A stretch of 64,000 nt of DNA, from the NCBI GenBank assembly GCA_034189385.1, contig JAXHVD010000001.1, forward strand, positions 128,001 to 192,000, in the 5' to 3' direction. Made by a program: the position numbers and the translations under genes. This stretch comes from Thermodesulfobacteriota bacterium (lineage in GTDB: Bacteria; Desulfobacterota; Desulfobacteria; Desulfobacterales; C00003060). Shown here piece by piece: positions 47,022 to 58,321 of the stretch; positions within the stretch are counted from its first letter, which is position 1; each line of letters opens with the position of its first letter. The notes below the pieces were generated by a model. The model worked only from the letters and a program-made list of their open reading frames with translations. It was not told the DNA's origin and did not search any database.

Positions 47022-48737
47022 TTGGTCGTGAAAATCTTCTATTCTGTAATCGTTATTATCGTGCTGACCACGTTGGCCTATTGCAGCGTTCCTTCGCACG
47101 AATTCACCCGCTACGATGATGACATCAACATCTATGAGAATCCCTATTTTTACCCCATCAATCTAGACAACACGCTCCATTTTTGGAAGCATACCTATGA
47201 GCATCTTTACATCCCCGTGAGCTATACGGCGTGGGCCGCCCTGGGGAGGCTGTCTAACTTCTTCGCACGAAGTCAGGAAGGACAAGTCTTTAATCCCCAT
47301 CTCTATCACTCAGCCAACCTGGTGGTTCACCTACTCAATGCGCTCGTGGTTTTTGTGCTGCTTTTGCACCTTGTGAAAAACCATTGGGCCGCTTGTGCAG
47401 GGGCGTTGCTTTTTGCCCTTCATCCTGTTCAAGTGGAAACAGTGGCGTGGGCCTCTGGATTCCGCGACGTCCTTTCCGGTCTCTTTTCTTTGGTGGCCAT
47501 ATGGTGCTTTATTGTTTACGCAACAGGGGATCCCCGGAATGAAAAGTCGGGATGCCCGCCACGGCGCTATTATGTTTACGCCCTATGCTTCTTTCTCTGT
47601 GCCATGCTTGCCAAGCCTTCGGCCGTGGTTATTCCTCCTGTATTGTTTATCCTTGCCTACATTATCTTTACCAAGCCTGTGAAGCAAAGCATCAAGGAAG
47701 CCCTTCCTTTTTGTGTGATTGCTGTCCCCCTTGTTGTCATAACGAAGTTGTCCCAGCCCGATGCTCAGATGTCCTTTGCCCCGTCTTTTGTGCAATGGCC
47801 CCTGATTCTGGGCGATACGCTGACCTTTTATGTCTCCAAGTTGGTGTGGCCCCTGATGCTGGGTCCCGATTATGGAAGAACGCCTCTGAAGGTTCTGGAA
47901 AGCAGCTGGGTCTATGTAACAGGAACCGTTCCTTTTGCCCTGTTGGGTGTTGTTTTGTGGCGCTATCGCAGGCCCCTTGCCATGGCCGCTATCGGTATCT
48001 TTCTGATTGCTGTCCTGCCGGTTTCAGGTGTTGTTCCATTTAATTTTCAGAATATCTCCACCACGGCAGACAGGTATTTGTATGTTGCCATGTTTGGCCC
48101 ATCCCTTGCTGTGGCATGGGGGCTCTCAGTGTACAAGGGGCGGGCCCTTTTATATCTATGCTTTTGTGGGATACTGCTTCTGGGGATGCGGACCTTTTTT
48201 CAAGCAAGGTACTGGCAAAACTCAAGGTCCCTTTTTGAGCATGCTCTGGCAGTCAATCCGAACAGCTCGATCGCCCATAACAACCTCGGCCTCGAATTCT
48301 ACAAGCAACGGCGCTACGAAGAGGCCTTCAAACACTTCAAGCGGGCTGTTGCGTTGAATCCCGGCCATGATGCGGCCTATGTCAACCTTGGGGTCCTGGC
48401 CGCCATGAAGAATGATCAAGAGGCTGCGCTTGAGTACTACTCCAAAGCGCTGGAACGTAATCCCGCTCATGGAAGGGCTCACAACAACATGGCTAACGCA
48501 TATGTGAAAACAGGGCGCTACGAAGAGGCGATGAAGCACTACAAGAAGGCGCTCTCGCTGGTACCACAACTGGCCCCTGGTATTTACTTCAATATGGGAG
48601 TGCTCTACGAGCAACAGGGACAAACAGAAGAAGCCCTAGACTGTTACGATAAGGCCTTTCGCCTCAATCCCGATTTTGGCGAGGCACAGGAGAGCCGCCA
48701 GAGACTCATGCAACAGGGCGTGGGCCGGCAGCCATAA
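47022..48737 (+). CDS. TMTC-like GT-C membrane glycosyltransferase with C-terminal TPRs
   Basis: YDD...NP, ALHPVQVETVAWASG.RD, AKP, ADRYLY, TPR repeats (AHNNLG, AYVNLG). Confidence 0.8.
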   Translation: MVVKIFYSVIVIIVLTTLAYCSVPSHEFTRYDDDINIYENPYFYPINLDNTLHFWKHTYEHLYIPVSYTAWAALGRLSNFFARSQEGQVFNPHLYHSANLVVHLLNALVVFVLLLHLVKNHWAACAGALLFALHPVQVETVAWASGFRDVLSGLFSLVAIWCFIVYATGDPRNEKSGCPPRRYYVYALCFFLCAMLAKPSAVVIPPVLFILAYIIFTKPVKQSIKEALPFCVIAVPLVVITKLSQPDAQMSFAPSFVQWPLILGDTLTFYVSKLVWPLMLGPDYGRTPLKVLESSWVYVTGTVPFALLGVVLWRYRRPLAMAAIGIFLIAVLPVSGVVPFNFQNISTTADRYLYVAMFGPSLAVAWGLSVYKGRALLYLCFCGILLLGMRTFFQARYWQNSRSLFEHALAVNPNSSIAHNNLGLEFYKQRRYEEAFKHFKRAVALNPGHDAAYVNLGVLAAMKNDQEAALEYYSKALERNPAHGRAHNNMANAYVKTGRYEEAMKHYKKALSLVPQLAPGIYFNMGVLYEQQGQTEEALDCYDKAFRLNPDFGEAQESRQRLMQQGVGRQP

Positions 48738-49033
48738 AATGAATGGGAGGGAAACAGGTCAGGGTGAGCGATGGCCCTGCCTTCTTACGTCAATACCCAT
48801 AAACCGCAGTACCCGGTAATCGTCTTGGAGTTAGGTATACCTGCTATCGACCTTGGTTTTGACGGCGTTACGTATAGTGCCCGATTATCCTCAATTCCTA
48901 AGACGAACCGAGATGCGAAATTGATGCTGTCTAAGTCCACTGCCGGTGAACAGAAGAGGGCTTCAGATAGGCTTTTCAAATCTCTCGTCTGAAACTGGGA
49001 GATGGCTTCTGACCCTGCCATGCCAATCCTATG

Positions 49034-49570
49034 TCAGGAGTCAAGCCTGGCCTTAAAGGCCTCCAGGGCCTGGCGGAGCCGACGCCGTACGAAGGCGTGT
49101 TTGTCGGCCGTGACAAGCTTCTCATAGGCCTGAAGATCGGGATCTGTTTGGGAAAGGGTAGGGGCCTTTTCCTTGCATTCCATCTTGATTCTTTGAGCAT
49201 CATGGACCATGTCAAGGATGCTGTACGTCATACCAGAAAAGCCGGTCAGCCATTCCAACCGATGCATCATTTCAAGGCGCACCTGATCTGCTAGGAAGAG
49301 ATGGATGTCCATGACCGTCATCTGTTCTTCGTTGGGGAGGTAATAGAACTTCGGTGCCGCTCCAAGCCCAAGGATTCCCATGATCAATTCATAGAAGGCC
49401 ATGGCCGTCTCCTCGCCAGGCTGGGCCAGAAAATAGAGGGTTCTATCTGAAAGGTCGGAAAGCCTGGTCTCAGCCCCGTAGGATTCCCCAAACCTCTTGC
49501 ACCAGGGCTCAAAGCCTCTGTCTCCGGCGCTCTTGGTCCGGTAGTCTTGAAGATCAATGACTTTGGGCAT
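49034..49570 (-). CDS. Conserved hypothetical protein
   Basis: MPKVIDLQDYR start, helical 178-aa ORF. Confidence 0.7.
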   Translation of the reverse strand: MPKVIDLQDYRTKSAGDRGFEPWCKRFGESYGAETRLSDLSDRTLYFLAQPGEETAMAFYELIMGILGLGAAPKFYYLPNEEQMTVMDIHLFLADQVRLEMMHRLEWLTGFSGMTYSILDMVHDAQRIKMECKEKAPTLSQTDPDLQAYEKLVTADKHAFVRRRLRQALEAFKARLDS

Positions 49571-49597
49571 GGGTTAATGGGTTTTCGGTGTTAAGTG

Positions 49598-49821
49598 TTA
49601 ACGGGCTGTTGCCCAAACAAGAATTCCTTTGAGCGGGCATTAAGGCGTCTTTTGCCAACAAATGTTGGCAAAGTGGAAGACTTGCGATGTCAACTGCTCG
49701 AGCCCGAAGGGCGAGTATAGCGCAAAGCTTCACTACGTGCGATATCGCCTGGAGCGAGCCCTACATTTGTCAAAAAGCGCCTTAGCCCAAGCGAAAAGGG
49801 ATTTGGGCAACAGCCCGTTAA
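49598..49821. mobile_element. MITE with perfect terminal inverted repeats
   Basis: TTAACGGGCTGTTGCCCAAA (49598-49617) / TTTGGGCAACAGCCCGTTAA (49802-49821); TTAA at both ends; no transposase. Confidence 0.85.
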
Positions 49822-50179
49822 GATGTTAGGTGCCTGGTTGTGGACATGGTATCTCCTAACAGATGGCCGGCCACAGGTCAACGGGAGGCCTTCAGTCGGG
49901 AGAAACAAGACGGCAGACGGGGAAGAAGGGGCCCGTAGAGAACAACCAATTCATAGGTCGGGGTTTCAAGGCCTTTTGGCACCTATACTTTGCCCTTGCA
50001 AAATTTGGGGGGTATGGTACATCTTGACATATCATAGTAACAGGTATCGGCAAACCATAAGATATTATTGGTAATAGTTCGGGCCTCTTAGGAAGATGCA
50101 CGAGGGTATTCAGGATCTTGCTGGGTACCCTTTTTTCTACAGCCCGGATGCCCCTACTAGATGGAGAGCGCTAAGGAAG

Positions 50180-50644
50180 ATGAAGAAATTTGACTTAAAG
50201 GTGGGCAACAAGTCCTACAAGGTAGATATTGAACAATTTAACGGCAAGCGCGCCGTGGTGAAGGTGGACGGAAAGCCCTACAGTGTGGACGTTGAAAAGG
50301 GTGACGAGACCGCCTTTCCACCGCCTCCTGTATCGCCTTCGCCAAGTGTGACGCCAGGAGCAGCACCAACACCCCCACAGCCCCCTGTGGCACCTGAGCC
50401 GCCCACAGCCCCTGTCGCCTCTGCCCCGTCAGGGGGCCAGGTCCCTGCCCCCATGCCCGGCATGATACTGGAGGTCATGGTCTCTGTTGGAGATACCGTT
50501 TCGGCAGGGACCCCTGTGGTGAAGATGGAAGCCATGAAAATGGAAAACGAGATTCCAGCCCCTGCGAACGGGACGGTGAAGGAGATTATGGTCAAAGTGG
50601 GCGACAGGGTCTCAACGGACGAGACCCTCTTGGTGATAGGTTAG
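50180..50644 (+). CDS. Biotin carboxyl carrier protein
   Basis: Pro/Ala linker, [14 protein letters not shown]. Confidence 0.93.
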   Translation: MKKFDLKVGNKSYKVDIEQFNGKRAVVKVDGKPYSVDVEKGDETAFPPPPVSPSPSVTPGAAPTPPQPPVAPEPPTAPVASAPSGGQVPAPMPGMILEVMVSVGDTVSAGTPVVKMEAMKMENEIPAPANGTVKEIMVKVGDRVSTDETLLVIG

Positions 50645-50679
50645 AGATAGGCCAATGTTGCCTGTGGAGAGATGAGGTC

Positions 50680-52230
50680 ATGGCAAACGAAGAGAAGATT
50701 CAAGGGTTGATTGAAAAGAGTTCCCAGGCTGAGCTGGGTGGGGGCCAAGGCCGGATCGACATCCAGCACAAGAAGGGAAAATGGACGGCCCGGGAACGGA
50801 TCCATCAGCTTCTGGACAAAGACAGCTTTGAAGAGATGGATAAGTTTGTCCTCCATCAGGCCACGGATTTTGGCATGGACAAAAAGAGGTTCCCCGGCGA
50901 CGGCGTGGTCACAGGCTACGGCCGCATTAACGGCCGGCCGGCCTATGTCTTTGCCCAGGATTTTACCATCCTGGGGGGGTCCTTGAGCCTTGCGGTGAGC
51001 GATAAGATCTGCAAGGTCATGGACCTGGCGCGCAAGAACGGCGCCCCCCTCATCGGCCTAAACGACTCAGGAGGCGCACGCATACAAGAAGGTGTCTCCA
51101 GTCTGGCGGGATATGGGAACATATTCATGCGAAATGTCCTTGGAAGCGGCCTGATTCCACAGATATCGGTCATTATGGGTCCGTGCGCCGGCGGTGCTGT
51201 CTATTCCCCGGCCCTTACCGATTTCATCTTCATGGTGGAAAACACGAGCTATATGTTCATCACGGGTCCCCAGGTCATCAAGACCGTGACCCACGAGGAG
51301 GTGACCCCTGAAAGGCTTGGAGGTGCCCTCACCCACAACACGACGAGCGGCGTTGCCCATTTTTCAGGGAAGAACGACCAGGAAGTCCTTGCTATGGTGC
51401 GTGAGCTTTTGACCTATCTGCCTCAACATTGCCGCGAAACCCCTCCTGCTGTGGAGCCTACTGATGATCCCAATCGCGTTGACATGGAGCTTCGGGACGT
51501 TGTGCCCGACATTCCGAGACACCCTTATGACATGCGCAAGATCATCCATTCAGTGGTGGACCATCACCGGTTCTTTGAGGTCCAAGTCAGTTACGCGCCC
51601 AATATCATCATCGGATTTGCCCGCCTAAACGGGATGACGGTGGGTGTTGTGGCCAACCAACCCTCTTTTTATGCAGGGTGTCTGGACATCAATGCGTCCA
51701 TAAAGGGTGCCAGATTTGTTCGATTCTGCGATTGTTTTAACATCCCACTCATTACCTTTTGTGATGTGCCGGGGTTTCTCCCGGGCACGGCTCAGGAATT
51801 CGGCGGGATTATCAAACACGGTGCCAAGCTGATCTATGCCTATTGCGAGGCCGTGGTCCCCAAGATTACGGTGATCACACGCAAGGCCTATGGCGGGGCG
51901 TACATCGTGATGTCCAGCAAGCATCTGTGGGGAGACATCAATTATGCCTACCCCTCTGCAGAGATTGCCGTCATGGGGCCTGAGGGGGCCGTGAACATTG
52001 TCTTTAAAAAGGAGATCAGCGCGGCAGAGGACCCAGCCAAGAAGGAAGCGGAGATGATAGAAGAATACCGCAGGACCTTTGCCAGCCCCTATCGCGCTGC
52101 AGAAAGGGGCTTCATTGATGAGATCATCCTGCCGGAGCAGACCCGCCCCAAATTGATCAGGGCCCTTGAATCCCTCAAGAATAAGAGGGAGCGGATGCCC
52201 GAGAAGAAACATGACAATTTGCCGCTCTAG
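50680..52230 (+). CDS. Propionyl-CoA carboxylase beta / methylmalonyl-CoA carboxyltransferase
   Basis: [48 protein letters not shown]. Confidence 0.93.
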   Translation: MANEEKIQGLIEKSSQAELGGGQGRIDIQHKKGKWTARERIHQLLDKDSFEEMDKFVLHQATDFGMDKKRFPGDGVVTGYGRINGRPAYVFAQDFTILGGSLSLAVSDKICKVMDLARKNGAPLIGLNDSGGARIQEGVSSLAGYGNIFMRNVLGSGLIPQISVIMGPCAGGAVYSPALTDFIFMVENTSYMFITGPQVIKTVTHEEVTPERLGGALTHNTTSGVAHFSGKNDQEVLAMVRELLTYLPQHCRETPPAVEPTDDPNRVDMELRDVVPDIPRHPYDMRKIIHSVVDHHRFFEVQVSYAPNIIIGFARLNGMTVGVVANQPSFYAGCLDINASIKGARFVRFCDCFNIPLITFCDVPGFLPGTAQEFGGIIKHGAKLIYAYCEAVVPKITVITRKAYGGAYIVMSSKHLWGDINYAYPSAEIAVMGPEGAVNIVFKKEISAAEDPAKKEAEMIEEYRRTFASPYRAAERGFIDEIILPEQTRPKLIRALESLKNKRERMPEKKHDNLPL

Positions 52231-52326
52231 GTTAATGAAATGGCAAGAGATTCCTTTTGCGGGTCTGTCATAAGTCAACAGCAATTTCCTTTGGACTTTG
52301 AACCTTGACCTCTCAGCTCAGGAGAG

Positions 52327-54009
52327 ATGGCTATGTTCGATGACAAGAAGCTGAAGGAGATCGAAAAGGCCTCGGCTGCCTGGTCTGAAGCAACCGAAAA
52401 GGTCCTGACGAAGCGTCCTGAGCGTCAGGAGAGCTTTCAAACCCTATCTGGAATCCCTCTGGAGCGCGTCTACACCCCCCTTTCTGAACGTGAATCAGAC
52501 TACCTAGAGGACCTGGGCTTTCCCGGAAGATACCCCTACACACGGGGGGTACAGCCGACAATGTACCGCGGCCGTTTGTGGACCATGCGGCAGTACGCTG
52601 GCTTTGCCAGTGCTGAGGAGTCCAACAAACGCTACAAGTTCTTGCTGGAACAGGGCCAGACCGGGCTTAGTGTTGCCTTTGATCTGCCGACCCAGATCGG
52701 ATACGATTCCGACCACCCCTTGGCCCAAGGCGAAGTGGGCAAGGTGGGCGTGGCGATCGATTCCTTGATGGACATGGAGGCCCTCTTTGACGGTATCCCC
52801 TTGGATCGGGTCAGCACGTCTATGACCATCAACGCGCCGGCTGCCATTGTCCTGGCCATGTACGTGGAGACGGCCACAAAACAGGGCATCTCTGCCGAGA
52901 AGCTAACGGGGACCATCCAGAATGACATCTTAAAAGAGTATGCGGCCCGCGGCACCTACATCTTTCCGCCAGGGCCTTCCATGCGGATCATTACAGATAC
53001 CTTTGCCTTCTGTTCCCGCCATATTCCCAGATGGAACACCATTAGCATTAGTGGATATCACATCAGGGAGGCAGGCTCTTCAGCCGTGCAAGAAGTGGCC
53101 TTTACGTTGGCCAATGGGATGGCCTATGTGGAGGCGGCAACAAGGGCGGGCCTCAAGGTCGATGACTTCGCCCCGCGGCTTTCTTTTTTCTTTAATGCCC
53201 ACATGGACTTTTTTGAAGAGATCGCCAAATTCAGGGCTGCACGGCGCTTGTGGGCCCGGATCATGAGCACCCGTTTTGGCGCCACCTCTCCTAAGTCTCT
53301 TATGCTCCGTTTTCATACCCAAACAGCCGGTTGCACCCTTACGGCCCAGCAGCCCCAGAATAACGTGATGCGCGTCACCCTTCAGGCACTCTCTGCTGTC
53401 CTTGGCGGCACCCAGTCGCTGCACACGAATTCCATGGATGAGGCTTTCTCTTTGCCTTCTGAGGAGGCCGTACAGATGGCCTTAAGGACCCAGCAAGTGA
53501 TCGCCCACGAGTCTGGCGTGGCCGACACGGCAGATCCCTTGGGGGGGTCCTTTTATGTGGAACACTTGACCGATGAGATCGAGCGAAGATCCCAGGCCTA
53601 CCTTGACGAGATTGACAAGATGGGTGGCGCTGTGGCCGCTATTGAACAAGGGTTTGTTCAAAAGGAGATCCAGGAAAGCGCCTATGCCTATCAGCGGGCA
53701 GTGGAGTCGGGTGCCCAGATCGTCGTGGGCCTCAACAAGTTTCAGCAGGACGACAGCACCCCCAGGGGTCTTCTTCGGGTGGACCCTGCTGTGAGAGAAT
53801 CTCAGATGGCCAAGCTGAAACAACTGAAGAGCCAGAGGGACGACACGGCAGTGGGTCGCGCCCTTGATAAGCTCAAAGGCTGTGCCCGGGGTACGGACAA
53901 CCTCATGTCGCCGATCACGGAGGCGGTGACGTGTTATGCTACTTTGGGGGAGATCTGTGATGCCCTGAGGTCGGTGTTTGGAGAGTACAGGCCTGTTTCG
54001 ACATTGTAG
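52327..54009 (+). CDS. Methylmalonyl-CoA mutase, substrate-binding subunit
   Basis: [14 protein letters not shown] (Tyr specificity residue), [22 protein letters not shown]. Confidence 0.93.
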   Translation: MAMFDDKKLKEIEKASAAWSEATEKVLTKRPERQESFQTLSGIPLERVYTPLSERESDYLEDLGFPGRYPYTRGVQPTMYRGRLWTMRQYAGFASAEESNKRYKFLLEQGQTGLSVAFDLPTQIGYDSDHPLAQGEVGKVGVAIDSLMDMEALFDGIPLDRVSTSMTINAPAAIVLAMYVETATKQGISAEKLTGTIQNDILKEYAARGTYIFPPGPSMRIITDTFAFCSRHIPRWNTISISGYHIREAGSSAVQEVAFTLANGMAYVEAATRAGLKVDDFAPRLSFFFNAHMDFFEEIAKFRAARRLWARIMSTRFGATSPKSLMLRFHTQTAGCTLTAQQPQNNVMRVTLQALSAVLGGTQSLHTNSMDEAFSLPSEEAVQMALRTQQVIAHESGVADTADPLGGSFYVEHLTDEIERRSQAYLDEIDKMGGAVAAIEQGFVQKEIQESAYAYQRAVESGAQIVVGLNKFQQDDSTPRGLLRVDPAVRESQMAKLKQLKSQRDDTAVGRALDKLKGCARGTDNLMSPITEAVTCYATLGEICDALRSVFGEYRPVSTL

Positions 54010-54090
54010 AGGCAGGACAAAGAAACGACGCGTCAGTTTTACGCAAATGCGTGCAGAGTTTTTGAGATTAGGTCGGGCGACAGGTAATTA

Positions 54091-54265
54091 AATTTGAAAA
54101 CGTCTGAAACTCGCTTATAAGTGAGCCTAAAAAAAGGCGTATTGATGACGTTAAAAGGCCGGTCCTCGGATGTGGAGGTCATGGATCTTAAAAAACCAGT
54201 CCGAAAGCTGTCTCGTTTTTCTTAAGGCTCACTAATGCGCTCAAACAGTCAGCCATTTTCAAATT
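54091..54265. mobile_element. Nested palindromic/MITE-like element
   Basis: Outer IR AATTTGAAAA / TTTTCAAATT; inner IR AGTGAGCCT (54120-54128) / AGGCTCACT (54225-54233). Confidence 0.65.
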
Positions 54266-54359
54266 GAACCGCCTGCCCCCCTCAAGTCCCGATGGGTGGG
54301 AAGAATTATGAACGGCAGGTGAGCCGTCACCACCACCACCGACCACCGGAGCTTAAGCA

Positions 54360-54761
54360 ATGAACGACAGAAGAATCAGAGTGTTAGCGGCAAAGCCAGG
54401 GCTGGATGGTCATGATCGGGGTATCAAGGTCATCTGCTATGCCCTCCGTGACGCCGGCATGGAGGTGATTTACACAGGCCTGCGTCAGACACCCGAGCAG
54501 ATTGTTCAGGCGGCAATCCAGGAGGGCGTGGATGTCGTTGCCATGAGCGTCTTGTCTGGGGCCCATGACTATCTTTTCCCCAGGGTGATGGAACTTCTAC
54601 GGGACGCCGGGGCCGCTGACATACTGGTAATCGGTGGCGGTATCATCCCGGAAGAGGACATCGCCGATTTGCAGCAGGTGGGCATTAGGGCCATATTCGG
54701 CCCAGGCACGCAGACGGGTGATATCGTTCACTTCATAGAAGAAAACGTTTCCAGGTCGTGA
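54360..54761 (+). CDS. Methylmalonyl-CoA mutase, cobalamin-binding subunit
   Basis: [10 protein letters not shown] (DxHxxG), GGGIIP, IFGPGT. Confidence 0.95.
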   Translation: MNDRRIRVLAAKPGLDGHDRGIKVICYALRDAGMEVIYTGLRQTPEQIVQAAIQEGVDVVAMSVLSGAHDYLFPRVMELLRDAGAADILVIGGGIIPEEDIADLQQVGIRAIFGPGTQTGDIVHFIEENVSRS

Positions 54762-55510
54762 AGATCTCGCCATCTTCCCATGGTCTCATCCTGTTCTTGC
54801 TTTGTTTTCTGGTTGTCCTGCCCAGTTGTGCACGGCCCAAGAAAATCCCAACTCCCCGCCCAGCGCACCCCTCGGCATACAAGATTGGCAACAAGTGGTA
54901 TTATCCCCTGAAGGAAGCCCGGTCTTTTCGTGAGCGAGGCACGGCATCGTGGTACGGGAAGGAGTTTCACGGAAGAAAAACGTCCAACGGTGAGATCTAT
55001 AATATGTATGCCATGACAGGGGCTCACAAGACCCTGCCCTTTGGGACCTACGTCAGGGTTGACAACCTAGAAAATGGCAAGAAAGTAGATGTTCGAATAA
55101 ATGATCGAGGCCCCTTTGTCCGAGGCAGGATCATTGATCTTTCCTATAGGGCCGCCAGCGAGATTGGGTTGGTAGGCCCAGGCACTGCACCAGTGGAGAT
55201 TGCGGCACTGGGGATCCCCAAGGAGACCCGGGTCCATGGGAAGGTGAAACGCACACTAGTGCCCGGCAACTATTATGCCGGCAACTTTGCAGTCCAGGTG
55301 GGGGCCTTTAAAAACCGAACTAATGCCCGTAGGCTCAGGGACAGGGTGGCACAGATACACAAGGATGCTTACATCACGGTGTACGAAAGCAGGGAGGGCA
55401 AATACTACAGGGTTCGCGCTGCAAAGTGCACGACCTTAGACCAAGCCAGACGGTACCAGAAGATGCTGGAAGAGGACGGGTACCGAGATGCTTTTGTCGT
55501 GGTTCCTTAG
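54758..55510 (+). CDS. rlpA: Septal lytic transglycosylase RlpA lipoprotein with SPOR domain
   Basis: LPSC lipobox, ASWYG, HKTLP, INDRGPF...RIIDLS, VQVGAF. Confidence 0.93.
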   Translation: MKISPSSHGLILFLLCFLVVLPSCARPKKIPTPRPAHPSAYKIGNKWYYPLKEARSFRERGTASWYGKEFHGRKTSNGEIYNMYAMTGAHKTLPFGTYVRVDNLENGKKVDVRINDRGPFVRGRIIDLSYRAASEIGLVGPGTAPVEIAALGIPKETRVHGKVKRTLVPGNYYAGNFAVQVGAFKNRTNARRLRDRVAQIHKDAYITVYESREGKYYRVRAAKCTTLDQARRYQKMLEEDGYRDAFVVVP

Positions 55511-55791
55511 GGGGTGTTGATCTTCTTTCTTAAGATCCCAGAGGTCTTAAAGACAACGACTCTCCGGGCGCGCAGCTGCAAGTCCTCTCGGGTCTGTGGG
55601 TTGCGGCCACGCCTGGCCCTCTTTTCTTTTACCACAAACTTCCCGAAACCACTTACCAGGAGATCCTCACCATTGGCCAGGGTGCGCTTCATGATTTCCA
55701 GGAGTTGCTCGACGACTTCCCTGGCGTGGTTCTTCTTTAGACCAAGTTTCAGGTACACTTCATTGATAATCTTGTCTTTGGTCAGGGCCAT
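55507..55791 (-). CDS. ihfA: Integration host factor subunit (alpha-like)
   Basis: [26 protein letters not shown]. Confidence 0.85.
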   Translation of the reverse strand: MALTKDKIINEVYLKLGLKKNHAREVVEQLLEIMKRTLANGEDLLVSGFGKFVVKEKRARRGRNPQTREDLQLRARRVVVFKTSGILRKKINTP

Positions 55792-56108
55792 GAAGTCCTC
55801 TCCTTTCACGCCGCATTGCAGTCGTTCCAGAGTTTCGTCAGCTTCTTTTGACTCGAATATGCAACGAATTCAAGAGACTGTCAAGTATTTATTAGTGATG
55901 ACGGGGCAAAAACCCTTTTGTACACCACGTGGGGTCTTCTGGAGAAAAGACATGGACGTGGCTCAACTCAACTAATTGCATTTTTTTCAATAAGTTAGCC
56001 GAAAAACCTCCGGATTTTGGCTGGGCCGCGCAGATGTGGACGGCCACGAATGGGCTGAACAACATCCTGTTTTTACAAAACCTTAAGGAGAGTAGAAAGA
56101 TAGAGGCA

Positions 56109-56663
56109 TTGAAGACGGTCTTCTTAGACAGAGACGGGGTGATTAACAGGGATCGAACCGATTATGTGAAGAGTTGGTCTGATTTCGAGTTCCTGCCAAG
56201 GAGTCTTAATGCCTTAAGGCTTCTGTCCCTTCATGGGTACAGGGTCATTGTCATCACCAATCAATCGGTCATCAATCGTAACATGGTGACAAAGGCAGGG
56301 CTTGAGAAGATACACGACAAGATGAGAGCGGCCGTGGCTGCCTACGGCGGCCACATAGAGGCCGTCTATTATTGCCCTCATGTTCCTGAAGACGGCTGTC
56401 ATTGCCGAAAACCAGAGCCCGGCTTGATCTTTCAAGCCCAAGCCGACTATGGGTGTGATCTAGCCGCTACATGCGTGGTAGGAGACAGCCTTAAGGACAT
56501 CCAGTGTGCCCGCCGGGCACGATGCGGTAAAGCCCTGCTGGTCCGCACAGGCCATGGTGCGCAAACCGAGCGGCTTTGCCAGAAAGGGGAGGTCACGCCG
56601 GACTACGTGGCAGACGACCTCATGGCCGCCGCGGAGTGGCTCCTTGGCCCAGGCTCAACCTAA
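56109..56663 (+). CDS. gmhB: D-glycero-D-manno-heptose 1,7-bisphosphate phosphatase
   Basis: FLDRDGVIN, TNQS, CPH....C.CRKP.PG, VGD; TTG start inferred. Confidence 0.88.
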   Translation: MKTVFLDRDGVINRDRTDYVKSWSDFEFLPRSLNALRLLSLHGYRVIVITNQSVINRNMVTKAGLEKIHDKMRAAVAAYGGHIEAVYYCPHVPEDGCHCRKPEPGLIFQAQADYGCDLAATCVVGDSLKDIQCARRARCGKALLVRTGHGAQTERLCQKGEVTPDYVADDLMAAAEWLLGPGST

Positions 56664-56765
56664 GAAGCTGATCTCTCTCACCTTTGGGCCTTCCGTCTTG
56701 ATGACAGCACCAAGTGAGCAACAGGGACCTGCTGCGAAACGTTGCGCCCTGCCCCTTCCAGCTTT

Positions 56766-57533
56766 TCATCCATTTGCCAGAGCGTTTATAAGGGCCGCGA
56801 TGTAGCCTGCGCCGAAACCGTTGTCTATATTCACCACGCTGACATTGGAGGCACAGCTATTGAGCATGGCCAGGAGAGCCGTCATCCCCCCGAAGCTCGC
56901 CCCGTAGCCGATGCTGGTCGGAACGGCGATCACCGGTTTGTCCACAAGACCCCCAACCACACTGGGCAAGGCCCCTTCCATGCCGGCTACGACGACAAAC
57001 ACCGATGCCCCAGACCATAACCCCTTGTGGCCCACGAGACGATGGATGCCCGATACCCCGACGTCATAAAGGGTTTCTGTCCGGTGCCCCATGGTGGTGG
57101 CCGTCACGGCAGCCTCTTCGGCCACCGGTATGTCCGACGTGCCTGCCGAGATGACCATGACAAGCCCCTTTCCGGCCGGCTTGATGGGCCGAGACGAGTG
57201 CACCAGGACTCGGGCCTTGTGGTGATAGGTGGCCTCTGGAAAGTGGGAAGCTACCTCTTTTGCCTTCTCCGCGGAGAGTCGGGTTACCATGACCGTGTCT
57301 CCCTCTTTGACCATGGCCTTCATGATGCCCAAGATCTGGTGAGACGATTTGCCTTCCCCGAAAATCACTTCGGGAAAGCCCTTTCTTAAAGGTCGGTGGT
57401 GGTCCACTTGGGCGTAAGTGAGGTTTTCAAAGGGAAGACGCTTGAGCCTGTCTACGGCCTCATCCACGCTTACCTGACCGCAAGCAATCGATTCCAGGAA
57501 TCTTCTTAAGGTGTTGGCATCCATGGGGTTCAA
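56766..57533 (-). CDS. larB: Nickel pincer cofactor biosynthesis protein LarB (PurE-like)
   Basis: GFPEVIFGEGK, AGTSDIPVAEEA, DVGVSGIHRL, AGMEGALPSV, VVNIDNGFGA. Confidence 0.92.
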   Translation of the reverse strand: MNPMDANTLRRFLESIACGQVSVDEAVDRLKRLPFENLTYAQVDHHRPLRKGFPEVIFGEGKSSHQILGIMKAMVKEGDTVMVTRLSAEKAKEVASHFPEATYHHKARVLVHSSRPIKPAGKGLVMVISAGTSDIPVAEEAAVTATTMGHRTETLYDVGVSGIHRLVGHKGLWSGASVFVVVAGMEGALPSVVGGLVDKPVIAVPTSIGYGASFGGMTALLAMLNSCASNVSVVNIDNGFGAGYIAALINALANG

Positions 57534-57798
57534 ACCTCAGCAGGGTCGAAGCGACTCTCTTTCTTATTACCGACAGTGGCTTCCCACCCATGCAGGCAAA
57601 GGGATAGGGTTTTCTAGCATTGGGCCCTGGTGCAGTCAATCACAATCATGTCCGGCCCGAAAGGCCCCACCCGTTGCAAGACATCCTCCTTGATTTACAA
57701 ATCAGATGTGGTAATTAGACACAATGCAGGGCGACACGACGGATCCATCTTTTTACGCTTACAGGCCTGGCAGAGCACTTGTGTAGAGACAACCCTCA

Positions 57799-58257
57799 AT
57801 GAAAAAGGCAGATTCCATCGTAGCGTGCGAGTTTGAGGGAGGCCGCTCCTTCCTTGGAAGACTTCCCCACCGAAGAGACCTTATCACGGCTATCGAGGAT
57901 TTTTCTGTGGGCCATTCCATTCGAACAGGGGTATTCTCAATCATTGGATCTGTGACCTCGGCCACATTGGGATCATATGATCAAAACCAGCAAGTATATG
58001 TGACTTTCAAGCGGGAGGGACCCCTTGAAATCATTCATTGCACGGGCAACATATCTTTAAAAGAGAGCAAGGTGGCAATCCATGCCCATGGTGTGTTCTC
58101 TGACATGGAGGGCGAGACCATAGGAGGGCATGTCTTTTCAGAGACGACTGTCTATGCAGGAGAGATTTTCGTAAGAGAGCTTCTGGGAAGGCCGCTGGCA
58201 CGGGAATACGACACAGACACGGGGCTCTTTCTGTGGAAGGTCGAACCAACCACCTGA
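57799..58257 (+). CDS. PPC/DUF296 domain protein
   Basis: GRLP..DL, IGSV, LEI..CTGNIS, HAH, GGH. Confidence 0.85.
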   Translation: MKKADSIVACEFEGGRSFLGRLPHRRDLITAIEDFSVGHSIRTGVFSIIGSVTSATLGSYDQNQQVYVTFKREGPLEIIHCTGNISLKESKVAIHAHGVFSDMEGETIGGHVFSETTVYAGEIFVRELLGRPLAREYDTDTGLFLWKVEPTT

Positions 58258-58321
58258 GTCTTCACCAGGAGAGCAAGAGGTGGGACCATCGGGGATACTG
58301 GAAGTAGGAGGGAAGGAGACA

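Noticed and set aside
48785..49021. 78-aa minus-strand ORF
   Set aside because: No motif and a weak RBS; may be real but cannot be supported.
56766..57533. larB without larA/C/E as a novel pathway
   Set aside because: lar genes are often dispersed in anaerobes; this cannot be judged from one window.
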